DNA of 64,000 nt from a bacterium (GCA_963675755.2 CAXXMD010000003.1:1984001-2048000); one strand, 5' to 3'. Shown: positions 49,019 to 60,431, counted from the stretch's first letter. Numbers and translations: made by a program. Notes: generated by a model not told the origin, from the letters alone.

Positions 49019-50962
49019 GTGGCAGGAATTGGTTTTGAAGCTTTGAATGTAGCGCTGGTATTGTCGGCGTATTCAGCAGTTGTATACTTGCTGGCCATCA
49101 AACGAAATTCGGACCGCCTTTTGAAAAGTGCACAACGTGCTGTATATGCATGGTCTGCCTTGATCTCACTGGCGGCAATTTCCCTGTTTTACAGTTTGTT
49201 TACCCGTGATTTTCAGGTTGAATATGTAGCACAGTATTCCAACCGGGCATTGTCCTGGTTTTATACTGCCGCTGCTTTCTGGGGTGGACAAGCGGGATCC
49301 TTATTGTTCTGGGCATGGTTGTTGGCGATTTTTTCCTTTATTGTGCTTGAACAAAACAAAAAAAGAGATCCTGAAAGATTGCCTTATGTAATGATTGTAA
49401 TGAGTGTAGCAACGCTCTTCTTTTTATATTTACTTGTATTTAAATCGAATCCATTTCAAAAGTTACCATTTACCCCCATGGACGGTAAGGGTTTGAATCC
49501 TTTGCTGCAAAACCCGCAGATGGTATTTCACCCTCCAACGTTGTATCTGGGCTTTGTAAGCGCAACGGTTCCGTTTGCTATGGCTTTTGCGGCCTTGTTA
49601 AACCGCAATTTGGATATGATGTGGCTGCGTTCCATCCGTAACTGGTCATTGTTTGCATGGTTGTTTCTAACCATTGGTAATGTGCTGGGTATGCAATGGG
49701 CCTATGTGGAGCTTGGCTGGGGTGGTTATTGGGCCTGGGATCCGGTTGAAAATTCATCGTTGCTGCCCTGGTTGACACTTACAGCATTTGTGCATTCGCT
49801 CATGGTCCAGGAATTCCGCGGTATGTTGAAAACCTGGAATATTGTTTTAATCATGCTTACATTTGCACTTACCATCTTTGGTACCTTTGTAACCCGCAGC
49901 GGACTTATTTCTTCAGTGCATGCTTTTGGAGTGTCTGATCTGGGACCGTTGTTTTTGGGCTACCTGGCTATTATTGTTATCAGTACTGTTGTACTTATAC
50001 TCAACCGGTTACCAATTCTCAAGAGTAAAGATGCCATGGATTCCTGGTCTTCGCGTGAGTCGTCTTTTTTATTGAACAATATGCTGTTCATTGCCTTGAC
50101 TGTTGGTGTGTTTATTGGAACTGTTTTGCCTTCTATCAGCGAGGCCATGAACGGTGAAAAACAAACCGTTAGCGTTGACTTTTTTAACCGTATGGCAACA
50201 CCATTTGGTCTGGTTATCTTTTTTCTTATAGGATTGGGAACACTGCTTTCCTGGAGAAAAACACAGGCTGCTGATTTGAAAAAACGTTTATGGCTGCCAA
50301 TTGCAGCAGCTGTTGCTGCAGCCGTATTCTTTGTTGCTACGGGTATTAGATCGGTAATGCCGCTGATCAGCTTGTGGGTGGCAGTTTTTGCCTTTGTTGC
50401 GATTATTGTATCTTTTGTTGAGCATGTTGTATTGTTTTCTAAACGTGAGGGTGTAAATCCTTTCATGGCGATTGGAAAACTGGTAATGAAAAACAAGAGA
50501 AGATATGGTGCTTATATTGTTCACCTTGGTGTTTTGATGATGTTTCTGGGTTTTATTGGCTCATCTGCATTCAGTGTTGAACAGACAGCAACTCTGGATA
50601 AAGAAGAAACCATCAAGGCCGGTGGCTATGAGATCCGTTATATGGGTATAGAATCCTGGACTGAGGGAGATGTAGATATCTATTCGGGCCGTTTTGATAT
50701 TTATAAAAAAGGACGATTTGTCAGCCAACTGCGGTCTGAAAAACATCAGCATCCCAATTTTCAACCCTCTACCGAAGTAGGTATTCGTACTACCATGAAA
50801 GAGGATATATATGTGATTCTCGCCGGGTTTGAAGTTGTATCTCAGCGGGCAACCGTCACAATATTAGTTAATCCCATGATGTTCTGGATGTGGTTTGGTG
50901 GCATAGTTATGGTTGCCGGAACATTGTTAACGTTTGTTCAATATAAACCAAAGAGCAGGTAA
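49019..50962 (+). CDS. ccmF: Cytochrome c biogenesis heme lyase CcmF
   Basis: WGGQAGSLLFW, LNPLLQ...HPP and WAYVELGWGGYWAWDPVEN motifs. GTG start at 49019 chosen. Confidence 0.95.
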   Translation: MAGIGFEALNVALVLSAYSAVVYLLAIKRNSDRLLKSAQRAVYAWSALISLAAISLFYSLFTRDFQVEYVAQYSNRALSWFYTAAAFWGGQAGSLLFWAWLLAIFSFIVLEQNKKRDPERLPYVMIVMSVATLFFLYLLVFKSNPFQKLPFTPMDGKGLNPLLQNPQMVFHPPTLYLGFVSATVPFAMAFAALLNRNLDMMWLRSIRNWSLFAWLFLTIGNVLGMQWAYVELGWGGYWAWDPVENSSLLPWLTLTAFVHSLMVQEFRGMLKTWNIVLIMLTFALTIFGTFVTRSGLISSVHAFGVSDLGPLFLGYLAIIVISTVVLILNRLPILKSKDAMDSWSSRESSFLLNNMLFIALTVGVFIGTVLPSISEAMNGEKQTVSVDFFNRMATPFGLVIFFLIGLGTLLSWRKTQAADLKKRLWLPIAAAVAAAVFFVATGIRSVMPLISLWVAVFAFVAIIVSFVEHVVLFSKREGVNPFMAIGKLVMKNKRRYGAYIVHLGVLMMFLGFIGSSAFSVEQTATLDKEETIKAGGYEIRYMGIESWTEGDVDIYSGRFDIYKKGRFVSQLRSEKHQHPNFQPSTEVGIRTTMKEDIYVILAGFEVVSQRATVTILVNPMMFWMWFGGIVMVAGTLLTFVQYKPKSR

Positions 50963-50964
50963 AT

Positions 50965-51201
50965 ATGATATCATCCATCGTTTTAAGTATAGCCGCGTCC
51001 CTTTGGGTTGGTTGGCCGTTGTTAACAAAGCAAGAAGCTCCCAAGGCAGCTAAAAAAACAGCCAAGCAGGCAAAACCTGCAAAGCAAAAAGTTGAAAAGC
51101 AAAAACCGGTAGTACATGAAAACTTTTGTACTCAATGCGGTACAAAAATTAAACCTGATGATAAATTTTGTTCACAATGCGGTGCAAAGACTAATCTATA
51201 A
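50965..51201 (+). CDS. Membrane-anchored zinc-ribbon protein
   Basis: N-terminal TM, Lys/Ala linker, CTQCG...FCSQCG. Confidence 0.8.
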   Translation: MISSIVLSIAASLWVGWPLLTKQEAPKAAKKTAKQAKPAKQKVEKQKPVVHENFCTQCGTKIKPDDKFCSQCGAKTNL

Positions 51202-51210
51202 GGTGTTGGT

Positions 51211-52164
51211 ATGAAAGTATTAAAATATATTGTATTGCTGGCGATTTGTACCGGGTCTGTTTATGGATTTCCCAACAGCCAGCTTAAAGGTACTGTTTTG
51301 AATGCTTCTAAAGACAGTACAGCAGTTGCCAATTTAACTGTTTTTTTACAAAGTATGAAAACCGGCGATTCGGGTCCTGTTGATGTGGGCAAAACATCCA
51401 CAAACGTCAAGGGGCAATTTGTTTTTCCCATTGCTCAGCCGGATACAGCCGCATCTTATTTTGCCGCAGTGGATTTTAATGGTGTACGATTTTACAGCCA
51501 GGGAACGAATCCTGCAGAGCAAAATATAGTGGTTTATGACACGACTCGTTCCACAGAGAGTTTGAGCAGCATGATGCACCACCTGATAGTTGAAGATATG
51601 GGCAATATGATCCAGGTGAGAGAAACACGGGTATATCACAATGCCGGAAACAAGGCAATTACCAATGTTGCACATGACGAAAAGGCAGGAGATTACACGA
51701 TCAAGTATCAATTGCCCAGCAATGCTTTTGATTTTACTCCCATGTCTGCTAATTTCAGCAATCAGCATGTGCAGGAAGGAAGAGATGTTTTTGATAAAAG
51801 CATTCTGCTTCCGGGAACCCGTCAGTTATCTTATGCATATCGTATCCCTTATCGTAATGGTCGGGTTGCAGTGGATTTGAGCTTTGATTCTCACACCCGT
51901 TCTTTTGATGTGTTTTTAAAAAGCCAGAATCTTTCACTTGTATCTGCTGATATGCAGGATTTTGGCCCCTTTAAAATTCGGAATACCGAATATAAACGAT
52001 ATGGCATTGAAGGTGTTCATGCCGGTCAGACTGTAGCTTTTCAGATTGTGCAGCAATCATCGCCCAACAAGTCACCGTTACCTACAGTATTGTTAACAGC
52101 CGCACTGCTCATGGTTGTTTTGGTTGTCGGTCATTACAGGGAGAATGGAACAAAAGCAAAATGA
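51211..52164 (+). CDS. Exported protein with C-terminal TM anchor, ccm-associated, function unknown
   Basis: Signal peptide; carboxypeptidase-regulatory-like N-domain (LKGTVLN...TNVKGQFVF); C-terminal hydrophobic helix. Confidence 0.65.
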   Translation: MKVLKYIVLLAICTGSVYGFPNSQLKGTVLNASKDSTAVANLTVFLQSMKTGDSGPVDVGKTSTNVKGQFVFPIAQPDTAASYFAAVDFNGVRFYSQGTNPAEQNIVVYDTTRSTESLSSMMHHLIVEDMGNMIQVRETRVYHNAGNKAITNVAHDEKAGDYTIKYQLPSNAFDFTPMSANFSNQHVQEGRDVFDKSILLPGTRQLSYAYRIPYRNGRVAVDLSFDSHTRSFDVFLKSQNLSLVSADMQDFGPFKIRNTEYKRYGIEGVHAGQTVAFQIVQQSSPNKSPLPTVLLTAALLMVVLVVGHYRENGTKAK

Positions 52165-52844
52165 TACGCGTGCACAATGTACATAAGTCATTTGCTGCGT
52201 TACAAGTCCTTCGGGGGATAGATTTTGACATCCAAGAGGGAGAGTATACTGCATTGCTGGGACAGAATGGTGCCGGTAAAACCACCTTGTTACGTATTAT
52301 CGCCTCATTGTCCCGACCTACATCCGGTGAGGTCAGCATAAACGAATTCAGCCTGCCCAAGCAGGCGGAACAGGTACGCCGACAAATGGGCGTTGTGAGC
52401 CATGATCCGTTTTTATATGGGGACCTTACTGCTGAAGAAAATTTAAAGTTTTATGGTAAATTAAACAATCTGGAAAACCTGCAGGAAAGAGTGCTTCTTG
52501 TGCTGGAACAGGTAGATCTGTCTGTTCGCAGGTATGATCTTGTACGAACATTTTCCCGTGGAATGCAGCAGCGCCTTGCACTTGCAAGAGCACTTTTGCA
52601 TGAACCGGATCTGCTGCTATTGGATGAACCCTTTAGCGGTTTGGATTTTAAATCTTCGCAAAACCTTACCGATTTGTTGAATGGTTTGCATGCTAAAGGT
52701 ACTACCATTTTAATGACTACACATGATCTGGATTTTGCTATAACCCATTGCAAGCGTTTGCTATTGATTAAACAAGGCAAGCTGGTAAAAGACACTGTAA
52801 CCCAAAATATTTCTCGTGACGAGCTGGTAACAGCATTTGGATGA
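52161..52844 (+). CDS. ccmA: Heme ABC exporter ATPase CcmA
   Basis: GQNGAGKTT, FSRGMQQR and LLDEP motifs; ccm context. Confidence 0.9.
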   Translation: MIRVHNVHKSFAALQVLRGIDFDIQEGEYTALLGQNGAGKTTLLRIIASLSRPTSGEVSINEFSLPKQAEQVRRQMGVVSHDPFLYGDLTAEENLKFYGKLNNLENLQERVLLVLEQVDLSVRRYDLVRTFSRGMQQRLALARALLHEPDLLLLDEPFSGLDFKSSQNLTDLLNGLHAKGTTILMTTHDLDFAITHCKRLLLIKQGKLVKDTVTQNISRDELVTAFG

Positions 52845-52850
52845 TCTGAG

Positions 52851-53528
52851 ATGAATACACTGAAACATATTGGCGCCCTGGTTTATAAAGATGTGCTCAT
52901 AGAGCTTCGCAGCCGTGAAGTTATCTGGTCTATGGTTGTATTTGCTATTACCGTGCTGGTGATCTTTAATTTTATTTTTGATCCTGGAACGGATATTATG
53001 CAAAAAACCGCTCCGGGTATTTTGTGGGTGGCAATCATTTTTTCATCAAATTTGGGTCTGAATCGTACCTTTGTAAAAGAGCAGGAAGCCGGCAATATGC
53101 AGGGCATATTGTTAACGCCCATGGATAGAAGTGCCGTGTTTCTGGCCAAGATGCTGGCAAATGTAATTTTTATTTCCGCTGTACAGGTGATAATGTTGCC
53201 GGTTATGATTATCTTGTATGATTTACCGGTTACCGGAACATTTGGATTGCTGCTTTTGGTGCTGTTTCTGGGTATTCTAGGTTTTGCCTCTGTTGGAACA
53301 TTGTTTTCAGCAATTGCAGCCAATACAAAATCTCGTGAAATAATGCTGCCAATTTTATTGTTGCCGGTTACAGTCCCTGTGATACTGGGTGCTATAAAAA
53401 GTACACAATATTTATTAAGTGCAGAACCTCTCTCAAAAGTTTACCCCTGGATGCGTCTTTTGATCGGTTTTGATGTGATTTTTTTTGTTGTCTGTTATTT
53501 ATTATATGAATATGTTATAGAGGAATGA
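52851..53528 (+). CDS. ccmB: Heme exporter permease CcmB
   Basis: PGILWV and MLPILLLP motifs; about 6 TMs. Confidence 0.9.
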   Translation: MNTLKHIGALVYKDVLIELRSREVIWSMVVFAITVLVIFNFIFDPGTDIMQKTAPGILWVAIIFSSNLGLNRTFVKEQEAGNMQGILLTPMDRSAVFLAKMLANVIFISAVQVIMLPVMIILYDLPVTGTFGLLLLVLFLGILGFASVGTLFSAIAANTKSREIMLPILLLPVTVPVILGAIKSTQYLLSAEPLSKVYPWMRLLIGFDVIFFVVCYLLYEYVIEE

Positions 53529-53536
53529 GGCAGGTT

Positions 53537-54220
53537 ATGAAACAAAAATCATTGACTGTGGATTTGGTTTTGATCACGTTATCTTATGTTGCTGTAATGG
53601 TCGCTTTGTACATGGCTTTTTTGTATGCACCCACAGAGCGGACTATGGGTGATGTGCAGCGCATTTTTTATTTCCACGTGCCGTCGGCATGGGCTTCTTT
53701 TCTGGCATTTTTTATTGTTTGTATTGCCGGTATAGCATTTTTAAAAAGTGGAAATGAAAAATGGGACAAGATGGCTCTTGCTTCCGCAGAAATTGGAGTT
53801 TTGTTTATTACTATAGTATTACTTACCGGGCCCATGTGGGCTAAACCGGTCTGGAATACATACTGGAGCTGGGATGCCCGGTTGACCACCTCATTCGTCT
53901 TGTGGCTGATCTATATCGCGTATTTGATGATACGGCAGTTTACCGCGGACAATGAAAGAGGTGCAAGATTTGCGGCCGTTTTCGGCATTATAGGCTTTGT
54001 GGATGTACCTATAGTATACATGTCCATTCGCTGGTGGCGCACATTGCATCCGGGCGCTGTAATAGCTGGTGGAAGTGGAAGCGGTTTGGCACCACAAATG
54101 CTGGCTACACTGTTGGTTTCTGTTGGTGCGTTTACAATTCTGTTCATAACATTGTTGCGATTGCGTTTGAAATCCATTTACCTTGAACAGGATGTTAATC
54201 TGGTTAAACAACAATTTTAA
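53537..54220 (+). CDS. ccmC: Heme exporter CcmC
   Basis: RIFYFHVP, WAKPVWNTYWSWDARLT (WWD domain) and WWRTLHP motifs. Confidence 0.93.
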   Translation: MKQKSLTVDLVLITLSYVAVMVALYMAFLYAPTERTMGDVQRIFYFHVPSAWASFLAFFIVCIAGIAFLKSGNEKWDKMALASAEIGVLFITIVLLTGPMWAKPVWNTYWSWDARLTTSFVLWLIYIAYLMIRQFTADNERGARFAAVFGIIGFVDVPIVYMSIRWWRTLHPGAVIAGGSGSGLAPQMLATLLVSVGAFTILFITLLRLRLKSIYLEQDVNLVKQQF

Positions 54221-54234
54221 GGATTTATAGAGAA

Positions 54235-54369
54235 ATGAACAATTTACTATATTTATTTATCGCATATGCATTTATCTGGACAGGTTTATTTGTCTACCTG
54301 TTAACCATCGCCATAAAAATCTCCAAAGCACGTAAAGAATTGGAACTGGTCCGGGAAAAAACCAGGTAA
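54235..54369 (+). CDS. ccmD: CcmD family small membrane protein (44 aa)
   Basis: Below the ORF-track cutoff: MNNLLYLFIAYAFIWTGLFVYLLTIAIKISKARKELELVREKTR, directly after ccmC. Confidence 0.8.
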   Translation: MNNLLYLFIAYAFIWTGLFVYLLTIAIKISKARKELELVREKTR

Positions 54370-54479
54370 TACTCTTTCCACAATTGCCGTCCTTGTCTCA
54401 AATAACAGGTGTTGACTCTTGTTTTGAAATGTCGTAAATTGTTAGTTTAATTTATGATACCAAACAATTAGGATATACT

Positions 54480-55587
54480 ATGTTTGATGAGATATTAACA
54501 AGCCTTAAAGATTATAAAGAACGAACCCAGACTCTCAGGAGGTTTCTTTGACATAGAAACCAAAGAGAATGAAATAGCTGAATTGGAAAAACAGACCCAG
54601 GAAGCCGGATTTTGGAATGATAACGAAGCTGCTCAGCAAGTAATGCGCGAAATCAGTGGCCGACGTGAATGGGTTGAAACCTGGCAAAAGATTGATGATA
54701 AATGTAATGAGATTGAAGAACTGACTGCTCTTGCCCAGGAAGAAAATGATGAAGAGATTGGTAAAGAGCTCCAATCAGATTTAAAGCAACTCGAAAAAGA
54801 CCTGTCTGCTCTTGAATTCCGTAGAATGTTGGGAAAACCTGAAGATTCAAAAAATGCGATTGTGACTATACATCCCGGGGCCGGTGGTACAGAATCTCAG
54901 GATTGGGCGCAGATGTTGATGCGTATGTATACCCGCTGGTTTGAGCGTAGAGGGTTTAAATACGATACTCTTGATTTTCAATCCGGAGATGAAGCCGGAA
55001 TTAAAGGCGTTTCTTTTGAAGTTGTTGGCAGTTACGTATACGGATATTTAAAGGCAGAAGCAGGTGTACATCGCCTGGTTAGAATTTCTCCTTTTGATGC
55101 AAACAGCAGACGGCATACTTCCTTTGCGTCTGTGTTTGTTTACCCTGAAGTAGATAATGATATTGAAATTGATATAGATGAAAAAGACCTGAGAATTGAT
55201 ACGTATCGGGCAAGCGGGGCCGGTGGTCAGCATGTGAACAAGACCAGTTCGGCGATCCGTATAACACATATCCCGACAAATATTGTTGTTCAGTGTCAAA
55301 ATGAACGTTCACAGCATCGTAATAAAGACGCTGCCATGAAAATGCTCATGTCCAAATTGTATCAGAAAAAGCTTGAAGAAGAAAAAGCGAAAATGGCAGA
55401 GCTTGAAAATACAAAACAAGAGATTGGCTGGGGAAGCCAGATCCGGTCTTATGTTTTTCATCCTTATAATATGGTTAAAGACCATAGAACAAATTTTGAA
55501 ACCAGCAACATTACCGCGGTAATGGATGGTGATATTGACGGATTTATAGAATCCTTTTTAATGCAAGGAAATACCAAGAAACAGTAA
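54480..55587 (+). CDS. prfB: Peptide chain release factor 2 (programmed +1 frameshift)
   Basis: ATG 54480 reads MFDEILTSLKDYKERTQTLRRFL, then CTT TGA C; downstream frame has SPF and GGQ motifs. Confidence 0.97.
54537..54552 (+). promoter_or_regulatory. RF2 autoregulatory +1 frameshift site
   Basis: AGGAGG-TTT-CTTTGAC: internal SD 3 nt before the slippery CTT TGA C. Confidence 0.95.
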
Positions 55588-55603
55588 TACGCCGGAGAAT
55601 GAA

Positions 55604-56725
55604 TTGAGACCCACAGCCGTTGAAATAGACCTTTCTGCGCTCAAACATAATATACAAGCCATTCGGGATAAAGTTTCGCCCGCAAAAGTCTTGGCTGTTG
55701 TAAAAGCGAATGCATATGGTCATGGTGCTATAGAGGTCAGTAAAACCGTACTGGCAAACGGTGCAGATTACCTGGGTGTAGCTTGTATTGAAGAAGGTAT
55801 TGCGCTGAGAGATGCCGGAATTCAGGCCCCTATATTGGTATTGAGCAGTTCAGGATTGAATCATACAGATCTGTATTTGGAATACGATCTGGATATAACC
55901 TTATATGATCATGAGGGATTAGAGCGGGTTAAAGCATCTGCCCGTTCCTGTAAAAAGATTCCGAGAATTCATGTCAAGATTGATACCGGCATGGGTCGTA
56001 TGGGTATACATTGGCAAAAAGCTGAAGCGTTCATCCGGGAAATATACCGTGACAGTACGCTCCTTTTGCAGGGAGTCTATACCCATTTTGCGACATCCGA
56101 TCATATAGACAAGAGTTATGCGCTGTTGCAGGCTGAACGGTTCAAGCAGATCCTCAGTGATGTTAAGGCTGCGGGGATTGCGGTCCCTTTGGCACATGGC
56201 GCCAATAGTGGTGCTATACTGGATCTGCCAGAGACATATTTTGATATGGTGCGTCCCGGTATTTTAATGTATGGACATTATCCTTCTGATCATACCACCG
56301 AGAGTGTTCATATAAAACCGGTTATGGAGTTTAAGACCAGAGTGCTTTATACAAAGGCTCTGGCTAAAGGTGAAAGTGTAAGTTATGACCGGATTTTTAT
56401 TGCCGACCGGGATACCCGTGTAGCCACATTACCTGTTGGATATGAAGACGGATATAACCGTTTGTTATCCAATTGCGGAGAAGTGCTGATACAAGGCAGA
56501 CGTTTTCCGGTAATTGGCCGGGTGACCATGGATATGATTGTGGTTGATTTGGGCGACGACACATCGGTGCAGGAAGGTGATGAAGTCGTATTGTTCGGCA
56601 AGCAAGACAATAATGAAATAACTGTTGAATCTATTTGTGAAAAAATAAATACAATACCCTATGAAGTGATCTGCTGGGTTTCTAACAGAGTACAGCGAAT
56701 CTATATAAATAGTGAGGAACTATGA
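55604..56725 (+). CDS. alr: Alanine racemase
   Basis: [21 protein letters not shown] and VGYEDG motifs. Confidence 0.96.
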   Translation: MRPTAVEIDLSALKHNIQAIRDKVSPAKVLAVVKANAYGHGAIEVSKTVLANGADYLGVACIEEGIALRDAGIQAPILVLSSSGLNHTDLYLEYDLDITLYDHEGLERVKASARSCKKIPRIHVKIDTGMGRMGIHWQKAEAFIREIYRDSTLLLQGVYTHFATSDHIDKSYALLQAERFKQILSDVKAAGIAVPLAHGANSGAILDLPETYFDMVRPGILMYGHYPSDHTTESVHIKPVMEFKTRVLYTKALAKGESVSYDRIFIADRDTRVATLPVGYEDGYNRLLSNCGEVLIQGRRFPVIGRVTMDMIVVDLGDDTSVQEGDEVVLFGKQDNNEITVESICEKINTIPYEVICWVSNRVQRIYINSEEL

Positions 56726-58227
56726 GTGAAGAACAATTACAGGATTTAAACCAGGTAATGAAGGCCCGCCTGGAAAAACTGGAACAATTAAAAGAATTAA
56801 AAGTTAATCCTTTTACGTATAAATTTGAACGGGAGCATTTCGCCAAAGAGATACTTGACAATTATGAAAAGTATGAGGAAAAAGAGGTCTCATTGGCGGG
56901 ACGTATGATGTCTTTGCGTCGTATGGGAAAAGCAGCCTTTTCACACATTATGGACAGTACCGAACGGATTCAGATCTATGTCCGTCTGGATGATGTCGGT
57001 GAAGACGCATATGCGGCCTTTAAATTAACGGATATTGGTGACATTGTAGGTGTTAAAGGTACGGTAGTAAAAACCAAAACCGGTGAAATCACCATAAAGG
57101 TCAGCTATTTTGAGTTGTTGACCAAAAATCTGCGCCCCTTGCCGGTGGTTAAAGAAAAAGAAGAAGATGGCAAAAAAGTAACTTTTGACGCTTTTTCAGA
57201 TACCGAAGCAAGATACCGTCAGCGTTATGTAGATTTGGTAGTGAACAGAGAAGTGAGTGACGTGTTTGTAAAACGCTCCCGAATCATTACAGCAATGCGT
57301 GAATATCTGGATACCAAAGGTTTCCTTGAAGTGGAAACTCCGGTATTGCAGCCAATTTACGGAGGTGCTACCGCACGTCCTTTTACCACGCACCACAATG
57401 CACTGGACATGAAATTGTTCATGCGTATTGCAGACGAGTTGTACCTGAAACGTCTGATTGTGGGTGGATACGATGGTGTTTACGAGATCAGCAAAGATTT
57501 TCGTAACGAAGGTATTGACCGCACCCATAATCCCGAGTTTACCATGATGGAATTGTATGTTGCTTATGAAGACTATAATTACATGATGGACCTGGTGGAA
57601 GATATGGTTACCACCATTGCGAAAAAGGTACTGGGCACTTTGAAAATCACATATCAGGGACAGGAAATTGATCTGACACCACCCTGGAAACGGTTGCCCT
57701 TGTTTGAGGCTATTAAACAGTACACAGGTAAAGATTTATACGGTAAAACTACTGAAGAATTAAAAGCTGTTGCCAAAGAACTGCATGTTGAAATTGAAGA
57801 TTTTTGGGGCAGCGGCAAGATATTGGATGAGATCTTTGGTGAAAAAGTTGAAGAACACCTGATTCAGCCTACTTTTATTATGGATTATCCTGTAGAGCTG
57901 TCACCGCTGGCAAAGCGTCACCGTGATGATCCCAAACTGGTAGAACGGTTTGAGCCGTTTGTGGCGGGACGTGAAATTGGAAATTCTTTTTCCGAATTGA
58001 ACGATCCTATTGATCAGCGTCAGCGATTTGAAGAACAGGTCCGTTTGCTGGAAGCCGGTGATGATGAAGCGCAAATGCTGGATGATGATTTTCTGCGCGC
58101 TTTGGAATATGGCATGCCGCCAACAGCAGGACTAGGAATGGGAATTGATCGTTTGGTTATGCTGCTGACAGATTCAGCTTCAATCCGCGATGTGATCCTG
58201 TTCCCAACGATGAGACCGGAAAAATAA
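56722..58227 (+). CDS. lysS: Lysyl-tRNA synthetase (class II)
   Basis: [22 protein letters not shown] and [15 protein letters not shown] motifs. Confidence 0.97.
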   Translation: MSEEQLQDLNQVMKARLEKLEQLKELKVNPFTYKFEREHFAKEILDNYEKYEEKEVSLAGRMMSLRRMGKAAFSHIMDSTERIQIYVRLDDVGEDAYAAFKLTDIGDIVGVKGTVVKTKTGEITIKVSYFELLTKNLRPLPVVKEKEEDGKKVTFDAFSDTEARYRQRYVDLVVNREVSDVFVKRSRIITAMREYLDTKGFLEVETPVLQPIYGGATARPFTTHHNALDMKLFMRIADELYLKRLIVGGYDGVYEISKDFRNEGIDRTHNPEFTMMELYVAYEDYNYMMDLVEDMVTTIAKKVLGTLKITYQGQEIDLTPPWKRLPLFEAIKQYTGKDLYGKTTEELKAVAKELHVEIEDFWGSGKILDEIFGEKVEEHLIQPTFIMDYPVELSPLAKRHRDDPKLVERFEPFVAGREIGNSFSELNDPIDQRQRFEEQVRLLEAGDDEAQMLDDDFLRALEYGMPPTAGLGMGIDRLVMLLTDSASIRDVILFPTMRPEK

Positions 58228-58229
58228 AA

Positions 58230-59489
58230 ATGATGCCTTTTGAATTATTTGTAGCGTATCGCTACCTGAAATCCAAGCGGAAAGAAGGGTTTATATCATT
58301 GATTACCCTTATTTCCGTAGGTGGTGTAACCATTGGAGTAGCGGCGTTAATTATTGTACTTTCTGTGATGAACGGTTTTGAATCCGAGGTGCGTTCCCGG
58401 TTGATTGGAATCAATACACATCTCAAGGTGCGAACTTTTCGTACCATAGAGCATGATGGAATGGAAACCTATACTGCCGTTGAGCACATACTCAAGGATG
58501 TTCCGCAAATCAAGGCCATGTCTCCTTATATTGATGGCCGGGGTTTGCTAATGTCCAAGCACGAAAATACAGCGGTTATTTTTAGAGGAATTGAAACCGA
58601 AACTGCGGTAAAGGTCTCATCCATATTGGATAATGTGATATATGGAGAGTTGAAATTGGATGAGGTAGCCGCTCCGGAAAGTGATGAAGACCAGCGGCCT
58701 TTGCCGGGAATTTTGCTGGGCCTGTCTGTTGCAGACAGGATGGCAGTTTCCATTGGCGACAAGGTTTCGGCGGCAAGTTTTTCAGGTATGAAAAATTTTA
58801 TGCAGATGCCGCGGATGAAACAGTTTCGTGTAGCAGGTTATTTTGAAAGCGGTTTGTACGAGATAGATAACAATATGGCCTTTATCTCGATCGAGTCTGC
58901 GCAGCAGTTGTTCAATATGGGTACCAAAGTATCGGGTATTGAAGTTAAACTCGATAATTATATGCACGCCAAAGCTGTTGCAGATACAGTTAGAGACAAG
59001 CTCGGATATCCTTACCGTGCGGAAACCTGGTTTGATCTGAACCAGAACCTGTTCCGGTGGATGGAGATTGAACGCTGGGCCGCTTTTTTGATTCTGAGTT
59101 TGATTATTATGGTAGCCGCATTTAATATTGTTAGCACTATGATAATGGTTACCATGGAAAAAATACGGGATATTGGTATTTTAAAATCTATGGGAGCAAC
59201 CAACCTGGAAATACGACGCATCTTTACCTATGAAGGCCTGTTTGTGGGAATTCTGGGTACTTTGCTGGGTAATGTTTTCGGGTATGGGCTGTGCTGGCTG
59301 CAATATACATATAAATTTCTGGCGCTGCCGGGTGATGTATATTTTATCAACTGGCTGCCAATTCTGATGAAATGGCAGGATTTTATCATGATCTCTGCTG
59401 CATCCATATTAATTACTTATATTGCGGCAATATATCCTGCGGTCAAAGCTGCCAAACATGACCCTGTTGAAAGTATACGCTATGAATAG
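58230..59489 (+). CDS. Lipoprotein-releasing ABC transporter permease LolC/E
   Basis: VLSVMNGFE, VAAFNIVS and IGILKSMGA motifs. Confidence 0.92.
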   Translation: MMPFELFVAYRYLKSKRKEGFISLITLISVGGVTIGVAALIIVLSVMNGFESEVRSRLIGINTHLKVRTFRTIEHDGMETYTAVEHILKDVPQIKAMSPYIDGRGLLMSKHENTAVIFRGIETETAVKVSSILDNVIYGELKLDEVAAPESDEDQRPLPGILLGLSVADRMAVSIGDKVSAASFSGMKNFMQMPRMKQFRVAGYFESGLYEIDNNMAFISIESAQQLFNMGTKVSGIEVKLDNYMHAKAVADTVRDKLGYPYRAETWFDLNQNLFRWMEIERWAAFLILSLIIMVAAFNIVSTMIMVTMEKIRDIGILKSMGATNLEIRRIFTYEGLFVGILGTLLGNVFGYGLCWLQYTYKFLALPGDVYFINWLPILMKWQDFIMISAASILITYIAAIYPAVKAAKHDPVESIRYE

Positions 59490-59499
59490 AAAGTAAATC

Positions 59500-60189
59500 A
59501 TGTCAGTATTGAAACTGTTAAATGTATATAAAACTTATAATCCTGGAAGCCACACCCAGGTTGATGTGTTGAACGGCGTTGACCTAGAGGTGGAAGAAGG
59601 CGAGATCATTGCGGTCATTGGGCCTTCCGGTGTAGGAAAAAGTACACTGCTGCAAATTGTTGGCGCGCTGGATCGTCCTACACGCGGTCAGGTTTGGATT
59701 GATGAAAAGGAATTAACCCGTTACAGCGATTCACAGCTTGCACAATTGCGCAACAAGACCATTGGCTTTGTGTTTCAGGCCCACCACTTGTTGCCCGAAT
59801 TTACCGCACGCGAGAATATTATGATGCCGGGAATGATTGCCCGCGGAATGCCCAAAGATCTTGAGCGGCGCAGTTCTGAGCTGCTTGAAAAGGTTGGTGT
59901 GCTTGACCGTGCGGACCACAAGCCTAATGAATTGTCCGGTGGTGAACAACAGCGTATTGCTGTGGCACGCGCGCTCATGAATGAGCCAAGATTGTTGCTT
60001 GCCGATGAACCCTCAGGCAACCTTGATCACAAGACCGCAGATTCTCTTCATGAGCTTTTATGGTCCATTAGCCGGCAGTTTAAGCAAACTCTTGTTATTG
60101 TTACACATAACCTGGAGCTTGCTCAAAAGGCTGACCGGATAATTGAGCTGTATGACGGTAAAATAAAAAATAATCACAAACCCAACTAG
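59500..60189 (+). CDS. lolD: Lipoprotein-releasing ABC transporter ATPase
   Basis: GPSGVGKST, GFVFQAHHLLPEF, LSGGEQQR and ADEPSGNLD motifs. Confidence 0.9.
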   Translation: MSVLKLLNVYKTYNPGSHTQVDVLNGVDLEVEEGEIIAVIGPSGVGKSTLLQIVGALDRPTRGQVWIDEKELTRYSDSQLAQLRNKTIGFVFQAHHLLPEFTARENIMMPGMIARGMPKDLERRSSELLEKVGVLDRADHKPNELSGGEQQRIAVARALMNEPRLLLADEPSGNLDHKTADSLHELLWSISRQFKQTLVIVTHNLELAQKADRIIELYDGKIKNNHKPN

Positions 60190-60431
60190 GGATTTGTTTG
60201 GCATAAAAATTGTAATAAAATCAGAATGCAAAATATTCTCTATAGAGTATTTTGGGACTAAATTTTATTACAATAATGTTTAGTAGTGTCCTGATGAATT
60301 ATTCAGCAGGAAAAAGCAAAAGAAATTTGCTTTAATTGAAATTGTTGGAATCTTTTAAGAATAAACTGGTGTTATTCAAGTAGAGTGAGCTGAGAAATAC
60401 TTTGAATGTTGCAACACCGCGGGAGTGAACG

